The notes: generated from the sequence alone by a model not told the origin. DNA of 64,000 bases from Octopus vulgaris (GCA_951406725.2 OX597818.1:93806001-93870000); one strand, 5' to 3'; shown: positions 36,619 through 50,233, counted from the stretch's first letter. A program made the numbers and translations.

Positions 36619-36800
36619 CAACTAACAACACGCAATGGAGATGAAGAAAGCTAGGTATATCTCTTGAAGGCCAACTTGATATGAATTATGACAGTGTCAT
36701 TGGAAAAGAATTTATTGTACACACCAGCAATCATGAATGCTTCTTCTTACAACTTCTCCATAGGGATAAGAGTTCAAGTTCATTTCATTCTCTTTGGATA

Positions 36801-37450
36801 AAAAAAGGATCAAAGACATTTCCTGAGCCTTAAGTTTATAAGACACAGGAGTGGCTGTGTGGTAAGTAACTTGCTTACCAACCACATGGTTCCGGTTCAG
36901 TCCCACTGGTTGGCACCTTGGGCAAGTGTTTTCTACTATAGCCTCAGGTTGACCAAATCCTTGTTAGTGGATCGGGAAGACAGAAACTGAAAGAAGCCTG
37001 TCGTATATATGTATATGTATATATATGTGTGTGTGCTTGTGTGTCTGTGTTTGTCCCCCCCAATATCGCTTGACAATGTGGTGTTTACGTCCCCATAACT
37101 TTGCAGTTCGGCAAAAGAGACCGTTAGAATAAGTACTAGGCTTACAAAGAATAAGTTCTGGGATCGATTTCTTCGACTAAAGGCGGTGCTCCAGCATGGC
37201 CGCAGTCAAATGACTGAAACAAGCAAAAGAGTAAGGCTGGTTTCCCTGATTCTGTGGCATATATGTTCCCCACTGAACAGGATGCTGATCCATTGCAAGA
37301 TTCCCCACTTTTACCAGCTGAGTGGACTGGAGAAATGTGAAATGAAGTGTTTTGCTCAAGAACACAATGCATGGCCCAGTTCAGGAATTGAAATCACAAT
37401 TTTATGATCATGAGTGCAACACCTTAACTACTAAGCCATGCACCTACACC
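36801..37450 (-). mobile_element. Family C-headed SINE inserted in the Helitron, itself split by a family A SINE
   Basis: 11-bp TSD CTCTTTGGATA at 36790-36800 and 37451-37461. Confidence 0.8.
36843..37231 (+). mobile_element. SINE family A, full length, nested
   Basis: Colinear with 16180-16565. Confidence 0.9.
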
Positions 37451-39261
37451 CTCTTTGGATAGTGAATGGTAAAGTTTGCACCTCCTGCAGAGAGACATAC
37501 TTCATACTTGGATTACAAGAGAATGATATCCAGTGCAATGCAACATAGCCAGAAGCTTGTATATCCTAATCAGTCAAGAGCCATAAGGTTCATTATGTTA
37601 TTCTGTTAAGTGCTGTGAACCATCCATTCTGATTCAGCTTTGATTCAAGTATTGTAATGACCTTGCTGAAGATTTAAACCATCAAGCTCAAAAATGTGCC
37701 CTGGCATAGAAACAGGGTACACAGATGAAATTAATAATGCATCCACCATCAAGCTCAAAGATATGAACATCCAAGAACTTCAAAACTTCGATCTCCCTCA
37801 ACCCAAGTACACTGAAGTCAATAATATTGTAACAGAAATTTTGAAATAGATGTCATATAACATTGACAATAACAATTTATAAAAACTCACTGTAGATAAG
37901 ATGGTAGTCGACTCAACTATTTTTTGACAGGGTTCAGCAACAAGAAACTGGAATTTGCTTCCTTGGTATTCATGGTGGAACTGGAAAGACATTTCTGTCA
38001 GTCTGTTGCTTGCCAAAGTTCATCAATACAATGCCACAGCTACTACACTTGTTTCATTGCATATTGCTGTCACACTCCTTCTTGTGAGGCTATATAGCAC
38101 ATTGTATTCAAGGCTTCTCTTAGATTGGGGAAAAAAATGATGGACCTGTATGCAACATTGCCAAGAATTTGGAAAATTGGATGTGTTATTGAGATACCTA
38201 ATGGTTGTCTGAGATGAATGTACAATGGATATAAAGGAACTCTGGAGAGCTTTGATAGGACATTGCTGGACATTGGTGAATTTACATGGACAGTAGATCC
38301 CAAATAGGAAGAGTAGCAGTGGTGTTGCCTGGTGAATTTTACCAGAGCCTTTCAGAGATCCATAAAGAATAAAAACTTAAGAAATATGGGCTTACCATAG
38401 ATTGTCATTGCTTTGGATCAAAGGTAAAATCTTTAAACTCTCTGCTAAGATGAATGTTAATCCTTTTGGGGATGACCTGTTTGGTCATTTTGCCAAAAAA
38501 TTCTTACAAGTTGAAGAAGGAAGATCTCTTTCCAATAGTAATGGCACCATGGATCCAGTTCCTATGTTCAGTGTTTAAGAAAGCAGGTAAATTGATATTG
38601 TTGGTATTTCTCAACCTACAATATCATTAACTAGCAGACAAGGAGCTGTGTGAAAGAAAAACAAAAATGTTTGGCTCAGCAATGTCAGCTGGTAGCTGTT
38701 CCAAGTCGTTCTAAGAAATAGTCATTGCTATAAATCAAGAGACACAGTTAGTGATCAAGAGGAAGTAGTTCACAGCAGATTTTTTTAATTCATCTGGACT
38801 TTCAAGTTTATCACTATACAAGCACCAACTAAACAAAGGATACTCAATAATTTAGATTAGCTGTGGCTATACAATGACACAAGACTAATTGTTAAAAAGT
38901 TTATGCTACATCTTTATTGATGTAGCATAAACTTATCTATGCATATATATATACACACACACATACACATATGAAGAGTACAAATCTAATATCATATAAG
39001 CTGGGACTCATCACAGTTCTAATTATAATTCATATATATCACTGCATGTATTACAGATGTATGAATATCTAAGTTTTGTCTGCATGCTTTCTTTTTCACA
39101 AGTTATAAGAAGGATTATATATTTATGGTTGATTTACTCCTTACATGGAAAATCCAATAATATTCCATTAAATTGTACATACCTTCATTAAGAACCATTC
39201 TAGGCTATGGATAGTCATTTTAAAACCTGGGCAACATTGGGTATTCTGTCGTATATTAACC

Positions 39262-39485
39262 ATTTAAAAAAAAATAAATGCGCCCTTTTAAAGCCTAGCC
39301 AGGCTCATGGGCCCGGTTTCCTGGTTTCAATGGCGTATGTGTTCCCCAGCTGGATGGGACGCCAGTCCATCGTAGCATTACTCATTTTTGCCAGCTGAGT
39401 GGACTGGAGCAACATGAAAGAAAGTGTTTTGCTCAAGATCACAACGCGTCGCCCGGTCCAGGAATCAAAACCACAATCTTACGAT
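39262..39485 (-). mobile_element. SINE, family C-type body with B-type tail, 5'-truncated
   Basis: GCGCCCTTTTAAAGCCTAGCCAGGCTCATGGGCCCGG tail shared with 43838-44147; body TTGCTCAAGA.CACAACGC shared with family C. Confidence 0.75.
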
Positions 39486-39767
39486 CCCTTCTTAATGCCA
39501 ACAACTGTACAGTGTGTAGTGGGTACCTTTTTAGTGTCATCAGCATTACAGCGGTCACCATGCAGCTCACAAGTCTATGTGCTCCAAGGGAGGGCAGTGT
39601 CAACTTTATGCTAGTGGACATAATATTAAAGCATGAGGTAGACAGGCAGAGCAGGTTCTTATAAGGGAGCTGTATGGCTACACATTTCAAAGAGAGAGAA
39701 AGAATGGCCAGTTGGAGCTGCAAAAAGATAATTAGTGGAGATGAGGTAAACCCTCAATTAATTAACC

Positions 39768-39802
<35 letters not shown>

Positions 39803-39804
<2 letters not shown>

Positions 39805-40267
39805 TCACTGTGACCGACCAGGCTATCTGATGTTGCTACACATTGCTGGTCACAATGCGCTTTGCATTGTTTTAGCCTTCAAATGATACCACCCCGCTGG
39901 CTAAGCGAGCAGGCCAACAGAAGAAAGAGTGAGAGAAAGTTGTGCCAAAAGAGTACAGCAGGGATCGCCACCATCCCCTGCTGGAGCCTTGTGGAGCTTT
40001 AGGTGTTTTCGCTCAATAATCACTCACAACACTCGGTCTGGGAATCGAAACCGCGATTCTACAACTGCGAGTCCGCTGCCCTAACCACTGGGCTATTGCG
40101 CTTCCACACACACACACACATATATATTTATATATATATATATATATCACCGTGACCACCGTGACCGACCAGGTTATCAGATGTTGCTACACATCGCTGG
40201 TCACAATGCGCTTCGCATTGTTTTAGCCTTCAAATGATGCCACCCCGCTGGCTAAGCGAGCAGGCCA
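39803..40267 (-). mobile_element. Full family B SINE (39803-40107) and a second 3'-only copy (40147-40267), both in (TA)n
   Basis: Reverse complements of 18003-18282. Confidence 0.88.
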
Positions 40268-40284
40268 TATATATATAAATATAT

Positions 40285-40705
40285 AAAAGGTAGATTGTAT
40301 GATGCTTGTGTATGAATGGTTATACTCCATAGTAGTGAGATATGGTCTCTGAATACAGAAGAGATGAATAGACTAGAGAGAAATGAAGCTAGTATGCTTC
40401 AGCAGATATGCAATATCAATGAACAACAAAGAGCAAATGTGCTGAGAGAAAAGTTGGGCATAAGAGGAATCAGATGCAGCATGCAAGAGAGAAGACTATG
40501 TTGGTTTGGAAATTTGATGTATATGAATGAAAACAGCCATATAAAGAAGTGCTGATCACTTAAAGTCAATGGCATTGGTGGAAGAGGGAGACCCAGGAAG
40601 ACATGGGATGAAGTAGTGAGGACTGGTTTCAAGATGTTGAGCCTCAAGGAGATGACAATGGATTGAGATGCCTGGGGATATGAGCTTCTTGAGAAAACCC
40701 ACCAA
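40285..40705 (+). mobile_element. RTE LINE 3' coding fragment
   Basis: GRLYDACV*..LHSSEIW..RLERNEASML..LREKLGIRGIRCSMQERRLCWFG..GRGRPRKTWDEVV. Confidence 0.85.
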
Positions 40706-40844
40706 TTGCAGTGAAACTGAGTTCTATGAGTGCTGTGTGTTCTACCTATATGTAACAATAAAATTTTCACTCTACCTTGGTAAACCAAACTACATCTCTT
40801 CTTTTCCTAACATTTCTTCTTTTCCATGCACTATGCTTATGTTT

Positions 40845-41151
40845 GTGGAGGCGCAATGACCCAGTGGTTAGGGCAGTGGACTCGTGGTCAGAGGATCGTG
40901 GATTTGATTCCCAGACCCGGCGTTGTGTGTGTTTATTGAGCAAAAACACCTAAAGCTCCTCGAGGCTTCAGCAGGGGGTGGTGGCAACCCCTGTTGTACT
41001 CTTTCGACCCAACTTCCTCTCACTCTTTCTTCCTGTTTCTTGAGTAACGCTGCGATGGACTGGCATCCCATCCAACTGGGGGGAACACATGCCATAGAAA
41101 CCAGGAAACCAGGCCCATGAGCCTGGCTAGGCTTGAAAAGGGCTATAAAAA
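40845..41151 (+). mobile_element. SINE family B
   Basis: 12-bp TSD ATGCTTATGTTT at 40833-40844 and 41152-41163. Confidence 0.9.
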
Positions 41152-41659
41152 ATGCTTATGTTTATCTCTCCTTTTCCACTTCTACAACCCAATCCTGTCC
41201 TCGCAGCCCTGCCCACAGTATCATTGCTATCCTGTTGTCCCCACCTCCTCTATGTACCCAAGTTTCACCAGTCACTGCATCCCCCAACCCATTGCATTCG
41301 TGTGAATTCCCTATTCCCTACTCATGCACCCTGGCAATACTCTACCATCCCATTTATATTCTCCTCCCCATACCTTAAGAGTGTGCCCTGGTGCATTGCC
41401 ACCATCTCTCTCTTGCTCTCTCTCATCCTTTCCTTCTCTTGCACTCTCACACTCTCGCTCTTGTCCACTTTCACACTCTCTCATTCTTGATCATGCCCTC
41501 TCTTTCTTTCTCTTCTTCTCTCTTTATCCCTCTGATTGGGGTAACCATTTATCTCCTCTACAGTAACACATCCATTTCTGTCTCTTTGTCATAGTCTAGC
41601 CTCTCATCACCTGGCACAATGCTGCCACCTCCTTCAATACTCTTCACCTCGAAGGGTCT

Positions 41660-41985
41660 TTATCTTTTGAGTTGCTTGGTGTTGGTGCCATGTGAAAAAA
41701 CATCCAGTCCACTCTGTAAAGGTGTTGGCATTTGGAAGGGCATCCAGCTGTAAAAAAACTGCGCCAAAGCAGATCTTGCCAATGAAGGTGCCATGTAAAA
41801 AGCACCCAGTTCCCTCTGTAAGGTGGTTGGTATTAGGAAGGGCATCCAGTCATAAAAAACCATGCCAAAAACAGACAGTGAAGCTTGGGTGCAATTTTCT
41901 GGCTTGCCAGTTCCTGTCAAACTGTCCAACCCATGTCAGCATAGAAAACGGGTATCAAATGATGATGATGATGATGATGATGATA
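41660..41985 (+). mobile_element. SINE family E with duplicated internal unit
   Basis: Two GGTGCCATGT.AAAA.CA.CCAGT...GGAAGGGCATCCAG units; (GAT)n tail. Confidence 0.75.
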
Positions 41986-42068
41986 CAAAGACACACACAC
42001 ACATACACACAACCACACACACACACACACACACACACATACCTATCTATCTATCTATCTCTCTCTCC

Positions 42069-42099
<31 letters not shown>

Positions 42100-42678
42100 C
42101 ATATATATACATTCATATATACATATACACGAGAAGATATATATATATATGGATGCGTATAAAAATGTATGTATACATGCATATATATATGATTGAATTC
42201 GGTAGGTGGAAGTTACTGCCGTGTGTGTATATGTGCATGTAGGTGCTTGTGCCTCTCCGAAAGAGAGAGAGAGGGTATATACATAAATATATACATATTT
42301 ATATGCTCACATACATAGATTTATAAGATATAACTACAGATAGGTAAAAAAAATACATGCACGTGAAACCTGCATCCTTTACACTTATTTATTATTGTTT
42401 GTATATCACTAAGATAGGGCTGGTGGAAGTAGAGATGATTATTGTCAGGTAGAAACACATGTTTCTCCATTCATCAACATGCAAATAACTTGCATAGTAA
42501 TAATCTATGACGTTAGCATACCTGTGTTGCCTGCTGTTTCTATGTTATACTTCTCCACTTTTTGTTTTTGTTTTTACTCTATATATATCAAACAGCTGCT
42601 GCTTCATCTGACCCAGCACTGTACACAGTCTTGGCATTTAGATTGAACACACGATCTGCTGAATTATTTAATTACATT

Positions 42679-42712
<34 letters not shown>

Positions 42713-42842
42713 AATACGCATACGTATATACATACATACATACATACACACACACTTGTTGAAGGATTTATTCATTGAATCACATAGCAGGTATTCAAGT
42801 TATAATCTGGATTATTTACAAGCTGAAACCTGAAAAGCAGAG

Positions 42843-43460
42843 GTATGTATGTATGTATCTATAGATGGATGTGTGTATGTCTGTATATATGTGTGCATGT
42901 ATGTATGCATGCATGCATGTATGTATGTGTGTATGTATAGTTAGATGGATGAATGGATGGATGCATGCTTGTATGTATGTATGTATGTATGTATGTATGT
43001 ATGTATGTATGCATGCATGCATGTATGTATGTATGTATCTACGGATGGATGGATGGATGTGTGTATGTGTGTATATATGTGTGCATGTATGTATGTATGT
43101 ATGCATGCATGTATGTGTGTATGTATAGTTAGATGGATGAATGGATGCATGTATGTATGTATGTATGTATGTATGTATGTATGTATGTATGTATGTATCT
43201 ATGGATGGATGGATGGATGTCTGTATGTGTGTATATATGTCTGCATGTATTTATGTATGTATGCATGTATGTGTGTATATATGTCTGCATGTATTTATGT
43301 ATGTATGCATGCATGTATGTGTGTATGTATGGTTGGATGGATGAATGGATGCATGCATGCTTGTATGTATGTATGTCTGACGGACGGATGTATGAATGCA
43401 TGCATGATTGTATGTATGTATGTATGTATGTATGTATGTATGTAGGTTGGTAGGTAGGGT
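42843..43460. repeat. Compound (TATG/GATG/CATG)n microsatellite with higher-order units
   Basis: The block TATCTA..GATGGATG..TATATATGT..AGTTAGATGGATGAATGGATG recurs about three times. Confidence 0.85.
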
Positions 43461-43479
43461 TTTTCTTCTCTTTCTCTTT

Positions 43480-44545
43480 TTAATTTAGAACTAGATTTTC
43501 ATCGGCCAACTATTGGCAACAAGGTTGTGAAGAAAAGCATCTTATTTTGTTCATCATTCTTTAAATCTCAAGAAGGTCTTGTAGATTTTTATAGTCCCTG
43601 ATGTCATAATCATTTGCAGATCAATCATACTTTGTTCTATATGGGTTGGTATGTGTCCTGTTGTTTCAATAATATGTGTGAAAGTGAAAGTGTAACTTGG
43701 GTACTGGATTTGCAAACTCCTTATTAAATGTCCTCTTTCTCATCTATATTAGTATCTAGAGGACAGCTGATTTCCACAACAGAACATATCTTCTTGTGAT
43801 TCCACACAACAATATCTGGTTGGCTGTATTTTAATTTTTATTCATTATTTATGCGCCCTTTTCAAGCCTAGCCAGGCTCATGGGCCCGGTTTCCTGGTTT
43901 CTGTGGCATATGTGTTCCCCCAGCTGGATGGGAACCAGTCCATCTCAGCGTTACTCAAGAAACAGGAAGAGTAAGAGAAAGTTGGGGTGAAAGAGTACAA
44001 CAGGGGTCGCCACCACTCCCTGCCAGAGCCTTGTGGAGCTTTAGGTGTTTTTGCTCAATAAATACACACAACGCCCGGTCTGGGAATTGAAACCTCGATC
44101 CTCCGACCGTGAGTCCGCTGCCCTAACCACTGGGCCATTGTGCCTCCGTATTTTAATTTGGTGGCTGTTTAAATTTGTAAGTTCCATCAATATTCTTTTG
44201 ACCCATCAGTCTCAACTTCATCTGTAGGTATTTTCTTCTTTTGTTATTCTGTTCCAGCTCATTCTGGCCACTGCATTGTGCCTCATAGGAAGATAATATC
44301 TAGAAGATATTCTTTCACACTTGGCAATAATGTGGTTGATGTCTTCAGTTTTGGTCTACATTTGTTGTCTGTCAATGTTTTCTGCCTCTTATGCTGTAGG
44401 TACTTGGTGAGGATCTCTTGTTCTTAAATTGCATAGAAGTAGCATTCATAGTTGGATGTCATGAAATTGTCAGTCCTCCATGCTAAGCCCTTCACATGAT
44501 CAATCCTTTCTATGGTTTGTGTTTTTTGTGCCAAGTCCCCATGTA
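43480..44545 (-). mobile_element. R4/Dong-type LINE remnant split by a SINE
   Basis: YFYAI*EQEILTKY, EDINHIIAK, RYYLPMRHNAVAR, KLKYSQPDIVVWNHKKICSVVEISCPL. Confidence 0.85.
43838..44147 (-). mobile_element. SINE family B nested in the R4-type remnant
   Basis: 12-bp TSD GTATTTTAATTT at 43826-43837 and 44148-44159. Confidence 0.9.
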
Positions 44546-44565
44546 CTATCTTCTGAGTGAGCTGC

Positions 44566-45077
44566 CACCTACCTACCTACCTACCTACCTACCTACCTAC
44601 CTACCTATTTACCTACCTACCTACCTACCTACCTACCTACCTACCTACCTACCTTCCTTATTCCTTTACTCCCCACAAGGGGCTAAACACAGAGGGGACA
44701 AACAAGGACATACAATGGGATTAAGTCAATTACATCAACTCCAGTGCGTAAATGGTACTTTATTTATTGACCCCGAAAGGATGAAAGGCAAAGTTGACCT
44801 CAGCGGAATTTGAACTGAGACAAAATGGCAGACGAAATACGGCTACGCATTTCGCCTGCCGTGCTAACGTTTCTGCCAGCTCACCACCTTCCTACCTACC
44901 TACCTTCCTACCCACCTATCTACCTTACTGCCTACCTACATGCCTGCCTGCCTACCTGCCTGCCTGTCTGCTTGCCTACCTGCCTATCTACCTACCAACC
45001 TACCTACCTACCTACCTACCTACCTACCTACCTATCTATCTATCTATCTTTCTCTCCATCCATCCATCCATCCATCA

Positions 45078-45155
<78 letters not shown>

Positions 45156-45170
45156 TTATCTATCTATCCG
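44566..45170. repeat. (CCTA)n/(CCTG)n/(TCTA)n microsatellite with a family D SINE (44660-44890, minus strand) inside
   Basis: Repeat seen directly; the SINE matches 61376-61609. Confidence 0.88.
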
Positions 45171-45289
45171 TGCATGTGTATGTATGCATATAAGTGCATG
45201 AGTAAGTATATGTGTTTGTAACTATGTATCTACATATAGATATATGTATATGTATATCAGTATTTACGTATTTATATAATTGCATGGTA

Positions 45290-46027
45290 TTCAGCACTCA
45301 GTTGTAAGATCATGAGTTCAAAACCTTGTGGTGCATTCTGTGTTTGAGCAACACACCGTATTTCATGTTCTAATTCACTCAGCTGGTAAAAATGAGTAGC
45401 ACCTCTATTTCAAAAGGCCAACCTTGTCACCTCCTGTGTCTCCCTGAATCTCCCTGAGAACTATCTAAAGAGTAAACATGTCAGTGGAGTGCCCAGCTGC
45501 TTGCACATTAATTTCACGAGCTGGTTGCTCTGTTGATTGGACCAACTGGAACAGAGTGCCAGTTTGACATTTACATTATGCATGCACTGGAATGCATTGT
45601 GTAGAGTAGCTTATTAGTATTGAAGCATATGTCAACAACTATATTGCATACATACAAACATACATATATACATACACACATACACATATATATATTTATG
45701 TGAAGGTGTGTGGCTTAGTGGTTAGAGGCATTCAGCTCATGATCGTAATGTTGTGAGTTCAATTCCCAGTGGCATGTTGTGTCCTTGAGCAAGACACTTT
45801 ATTTCACATTGCTACAGTCCAATCAGCTCGTGAAAATGAGTAGTACCTGTGTTTCAAAGGGCCAGCCTTGTCACACACTGTGTCACGCTGAATCTCCCTG
45901 AGAACTACGTTAAGGGTACACGTGTTTGTGGAGTGGTCAGCCACTTACAAGTTAATTTCACTAGCAAGCTGTTCCGTTGATCGTATCTGCTGGGACCCTC
46001 ATCATCACAACCGACAGAGTGCTCTTT
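45290..46027 (+). mobile_element. Two family C-related SINEs (45290-45565 diverged; 45701-46027)
   Basis: Head GAAGGTGTGTGGCTTAGTGGTTAG...GAGTTCAATTCCC, CCTTGAGCAAGACACTTTATTTCAC; shared tail CTGAATCTCCCTGAGAACTA. Confidence 0.78.
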
Positions 46028-46064
46028 ATATAAATATATATAGCTACAGTAGTTTTACAAGGGC

Positions 46065-46480
46065 TCATTTGCATGATTTGAAAAGGATTGTTAGAAATTC
46101 AGCTGAGTTTGCATCTATCTCATGTATGGCGAGTATTACATCTTCTTTGATGTCAATGTAATCAATTGTCACTGCCTTCCTTTTTACATCTATCATGGTA
46201 AAAAATTCTACAGATTTGCTGACTTGCATGTGCTGTAAACTTGGGGGTATTTCATTTATCCTTATTGCATTCTCTGTGATGGAATCATCTTTATAGAGGA
46301 GTGGCCCTAACCTGCAATGCACAGAGGAAATTTCTTTGGCATCCTTAAAGAAGGCTTTAGGGTTGGATTTTATATTTTCTATAATCCAGACTTCCTTGTC
46401 TGCTCTTGTCTGGTCCATAGGTACCCTTGTCAAGCCTTACAGCAGCTATAATAACAAGTGTGATCTCTGCATACCTGAGG
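46065..46480 (-). mobile_element. CR1/L2-type LINE ORF2 fragment
   Basis: IENIKSNPKAFFKDAK..RLGPLL.KD.SIT..IDYIDIKEDVILAIHEIDANSA, typical of the region upstream of the RT. Confidence 0.7.
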
Positions 46481-46539
46481 TCTTGGCTATTTATATATAT
46501 ATATATATATTATACGTATGATATATATTATATAATATG

Positions 46540-46585
<46 letters not shown>

Positions 46586-46779
46586 CACTACAAAATTAGA
46601 GAATGGAGAAACATACTTAAATCAATAAAGCATCAACTATCCGATGATACTCAATCCATACTTTAATACACCATTACATAGGAGTAAAGGCAATATATAA
46701 AATGAAATGAGATATACAGTAATAGTAAAAGTAAAAAGATAAAGAGATATAAGTAAAAAATTACAAATACAATATGCAA

Positions 46780-46910
46780 ATAAATCAAAACTGACAGCTG
46801 TTTCGGCAGTGAGGACAGTCATACCTCATTTAACCTATAAGCCATAAAGGCAGGTATAAATGAGGCATTAACAAAGATGCCCCACGGCCTCTTCAGAGAA
46901 TTAAATTAAA
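46780..46910 (-). ncRNA. Type I hammerhead ribozyme in the pseudo-LTR of the Penelope-like element
   Basis: CUGAAGA (46896-46890), helix II GGCCGUGGGG/CCUCACUGCC extended by AUGCCUCAUUUA/UAAAUGAGGUAU, GAAA (46804-46801), palindromic helix III ACAGCUGU, GUC triplet (46795-46793); helix I weak. Confidence 0.78.
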
Positions 46911-49000
46911 TTTGTTATAATAGTGAAAAATATTATATAATCATATACATATAAATATAAAAATATAAAAAAGTAAAATATAAAAACTTATACATCATAA
47001 TGCTACACTTGTATAATATAATACACATTTGTACAAAAAGGAAGGTAACCAGAACAAAATAAAACAAAATATATAACAGTGTATATATAATATTAATAAG
47101 TACCGATATCATACATATTTAGCTAATAGTTTTTTTTATAAAAAAAAAAAAGGGCTAACACATATGGAGATGAAAAATAATAATAATTAAATCCGTGGTA
47201 CAGTTCATAAAATTCTAAAGCTATAAAAGTTAATAAAAATTACTATTAATAATAATAATAATAGTAATAATAATAATAGTAATAATAATAAAAATAATAA
47301 AAATATACAGTTAAGTTATCACCAAGTCCATCCTTCCAAGATCGAAATAACTATGAGTTAAGAAATGCTGACCACTAGGTAAAGAAAATTTAGATTAATT
47401 CGATTGGCTATTGGTTTGAAATTTAAATCACAAAAGAAAATTATACGGTTGGTTAGTCAGGGAACGCCAATATTCACACACGCATCTACAGATCAATCGC
47501 ACATACACACATAGTTATATGTATATACATACACTTGTACATATACATAATCATAAGCAACAACTAACACTTAGATAAACAAATAGGGAAGCAACCATGC
47601 TAACACTAAGTCCTTCAAAATTATAACTGAGCCTCAATAACAAAAAAAGAACCATCCATGCATTCTATAAAATATTTAATTAAGATATAAAAGTATTTTT
47701 AAATATCAGTATGTTACTAATTCAGATAATTATTTCATGGGTAACTAAAAATTTATAACACCGGTTTGTTGCAGAGTAAACATACGGTTGTTAGGTTTAT
47801 CGTATGTTTGTTATGATTTAAAGTACGCTAAATTATAAAATATAAAATATAAAATATATTAATTTAGATATTATAAATAAGTCACTTATTAACTTAATAA
47901 ATATAGTGCCAAAATATACCAGTTTAGGCAATAAAAAATAGAGGGGGAAGTATTAATGTAAACGCTTATGAGAACATCACAGAAATTTTAAATAAATTTT
48001 ATATTATAAAGACTTAATATGAAAAGAGATAAAATAAATAAAAAGGAATAAATACGAAGGAATAAATACGGTTATACACATAATTATAAGTACAAACTAG
48101 TATATATGTATTCATATATTATTAAAATTAAATAAAAATAAATGATAGATATGTATGTATAAAACTACATCAGTATAAGTAAATAAGTAAAGAATAAATA
48201 GGTAACAAATTAAATGACTTGATATGTATGTAAACATCCACACTTAAATAGGCAAATAAATAAATAGAAGACTAGATGCAAATATTGATAATATTACAAT
48301 AAAATGGGAAATAAATAAAAATAAATAAAGTGAATATATATATTTTATATTGTTGAAAGTAAATATGTATGGAAGGATAGTTTAAAGTACAGATCCAGAG
48401 GACTATAGATATAAACTAAATATATGAAGCTGGTAACAATTATAAAGCAAAATGCATGTAAATGAGAAAATGAAAAAAATGAAAAAGGTTTATCAGTGAA
48501 TAGCATAAGATACAAATTAAGGTGAGTACAAGAAGACCAAATATATAATAAAAACCTTCCAAATCAGCACATACAAAAAACCCATAATCTCAACCTAAAC
48601 CCACCAAACTCACAAAAGGCTCTCATATATTACATATTATACAATATCATTACATTATCCAGAGCTAGGTATCTAACCAAGATATACATATATACTTTGC
48701 AATATACTATGCAATATTGGAAAACTTCAAAAATCACACATTACAAGGCAAATACCAAAATGAATATGTTATTTTATGTCATATTGCATTTCTCTTAAAA
48801 AAAACAAACAAAAACCCACATACAAAAACCAAGAAACCAATAATACTAGACACATCCAATTAGTTATTATACAAATGTAGCTATAAAAATTATAAAATTA
48901 TGAAATTTATAAATTGTATACTCTAGAATTATAGAAGACCACAGGTATATTTAGTTAAAGAAGGGAATTAAAAAATTGATAATAGTGGAAGTGCTAAGTT

Positions 49001-50233
49001 CTATTTGAATCTAGAAAAGGTGAACGGTAGTCTATGAATACAAAAGAAGTTTTTCTCATTAATGTTGTTAATAATTTGCCGACCCGCTTTAATAATGAAG
49101 AAAATTTCATTAATACATAGAGAGCATTTTTTATTTTTTCCATTATACACAGGTGCTGAAGTTAGTATTTTCCAGTTTAATCTAAAATCTAAGTTCTTAC
49201 TTTTAAGTTCCCAAATATATGCACTTAGCCCTGTAGAGTACATTCTATTTTTATTCCTAAAAGTATATCTATGATAATTCCATCTTTGTTTTATGCTATT
49301 CATAGTTGCCCCGATATACACTCTACTACTCAATTGTGTATCTACAGTGCATTGGTAAACTACCTCCTTCCTGAGGCATTGATTATCAAATACACATTTA
49401 TTTTTATTTCTGCAATTACAAAGATTAACAGAATGAGGAAATCTAAGATTGGACACCACCCCTATACTACTATTCACATTATAAGTGTTACAATTGTTAT
49501 CATCATCCAAACCCAAAATCAACGAATGAGTTAATTCCACATTATCGGCTATATTCCTATCACTAGTACTAGTATTGGTAGTAGTGGTATGATCTATTAC
49601 ATTTATATTATCTCTGACAGGTATGGTGCACTCATTATTAGTAAGGAGGTTGCTCCCATTTGTTCCAAGAAAATTTCTATTCCTATTATTAATGAAGAGG
49701 GGCAAGTTTTCCTGGTCTAAATTCAATTTTCTATCCTTATAGAAGTGATCCAGTTTCTTGTTATTAAAAGAGGAGATGATGGTGGCTAGATTATGAGTAA
49801 TGCTATATCCCACTCTAACAGTACCGTTGTTAATTAAAGGACTAAATTTATTCCTATCCTTACCAAAATGCCTAAAAATAATATTATGCAAAGCTCTCAC
49901 TATGTTTGTTTTAATCTGCATTGCATACGGGATAATCAACCAAAGAGTATCCTTATCAGAATTAGGATTGCCTATAGAATTAATGTTATTTGTAAAAATC
50001 CTATTCGTAGACCAACTCATAGGATTACTATTCTTACCACTGTCATTGTTATATCTATCTATATCAATATTACCATGGTTATTGCGCAAGTAAGCTTTAC
50101 CATTATCATGTCTACCATAAGTTTTAATTCGTATATTATTATTAATATTACTACTACTACTCGTATGTTTAGATCTATTTGAGCTACCGTTCACCTTTCC
50201 AAGGTTAACGTCACTTATATTTATCTTACACAA
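49001..50233 (-). CDS. Penelope-like linker plus Cys motif plus GIY-YIG endonuclease (no RT); truncated element ORF
   Basis: WLIIPY..IKTNI..HF..IN..TVRVGYS...NLATIISSFN linker; CNCRNKNKC..QC; VVYQC..VYIGAT..IKQRWNYH..T.LS.YIW..CSLCINE. The start codon is probably not real. Confidence 0.85.
   Translation of the reverse strand: MCKINISDVNLGKVNGSSNRSKHTSSSSNINNNIRIKTYGRHDNGKAYLRNNHGNIDIDRYNNDSGKNSNPMSWSTNRIFTNNINSIGNPNSDKDTLWLIIPYAMQIKTNIVRALHNIIFRHFGKDRNKFSPLINNGTVRVGYSITHNLATIISSFNNKKLDHFYKDRKLNLDQENLPLFINNRNRNFLGTNGSNLLTNNECTIPVRDNINVIDHTTTTNTSTSDRNIADNVELTHSLILGLDDDNNCNTYNVNSSIGVVSNLRFPHSVNLCNCRNKNKCVFDNQCLRKEVVYQCTVDTQLSSRVYIGATMNSIKQRWNYHRYTFRNKNRMYSTGLSAYIWELKSKNLDFRLNWKILTSAPVYNGKNKKCSLCINEIFFIIKAGRQIINNINEKNFFCIHRLPFTFSRFK

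Larger units (their letters stand above)
36660..38915 (+). mobile_element. Helitron Rep/PIF1-helicase remnant, interrupted by nested SINEs
   Basis: Pieces ECFFLQLLH, VNGKVCTSCRE..LGLQEND, GGTGKTFL (Walker A), SLLLAKV, DECTM (Walker B), VLPGEFYQSL, YKSRDTV, LYNDTRLIVKK in the order typical of Helitron helicases; many stops. Confidence 0.85.
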
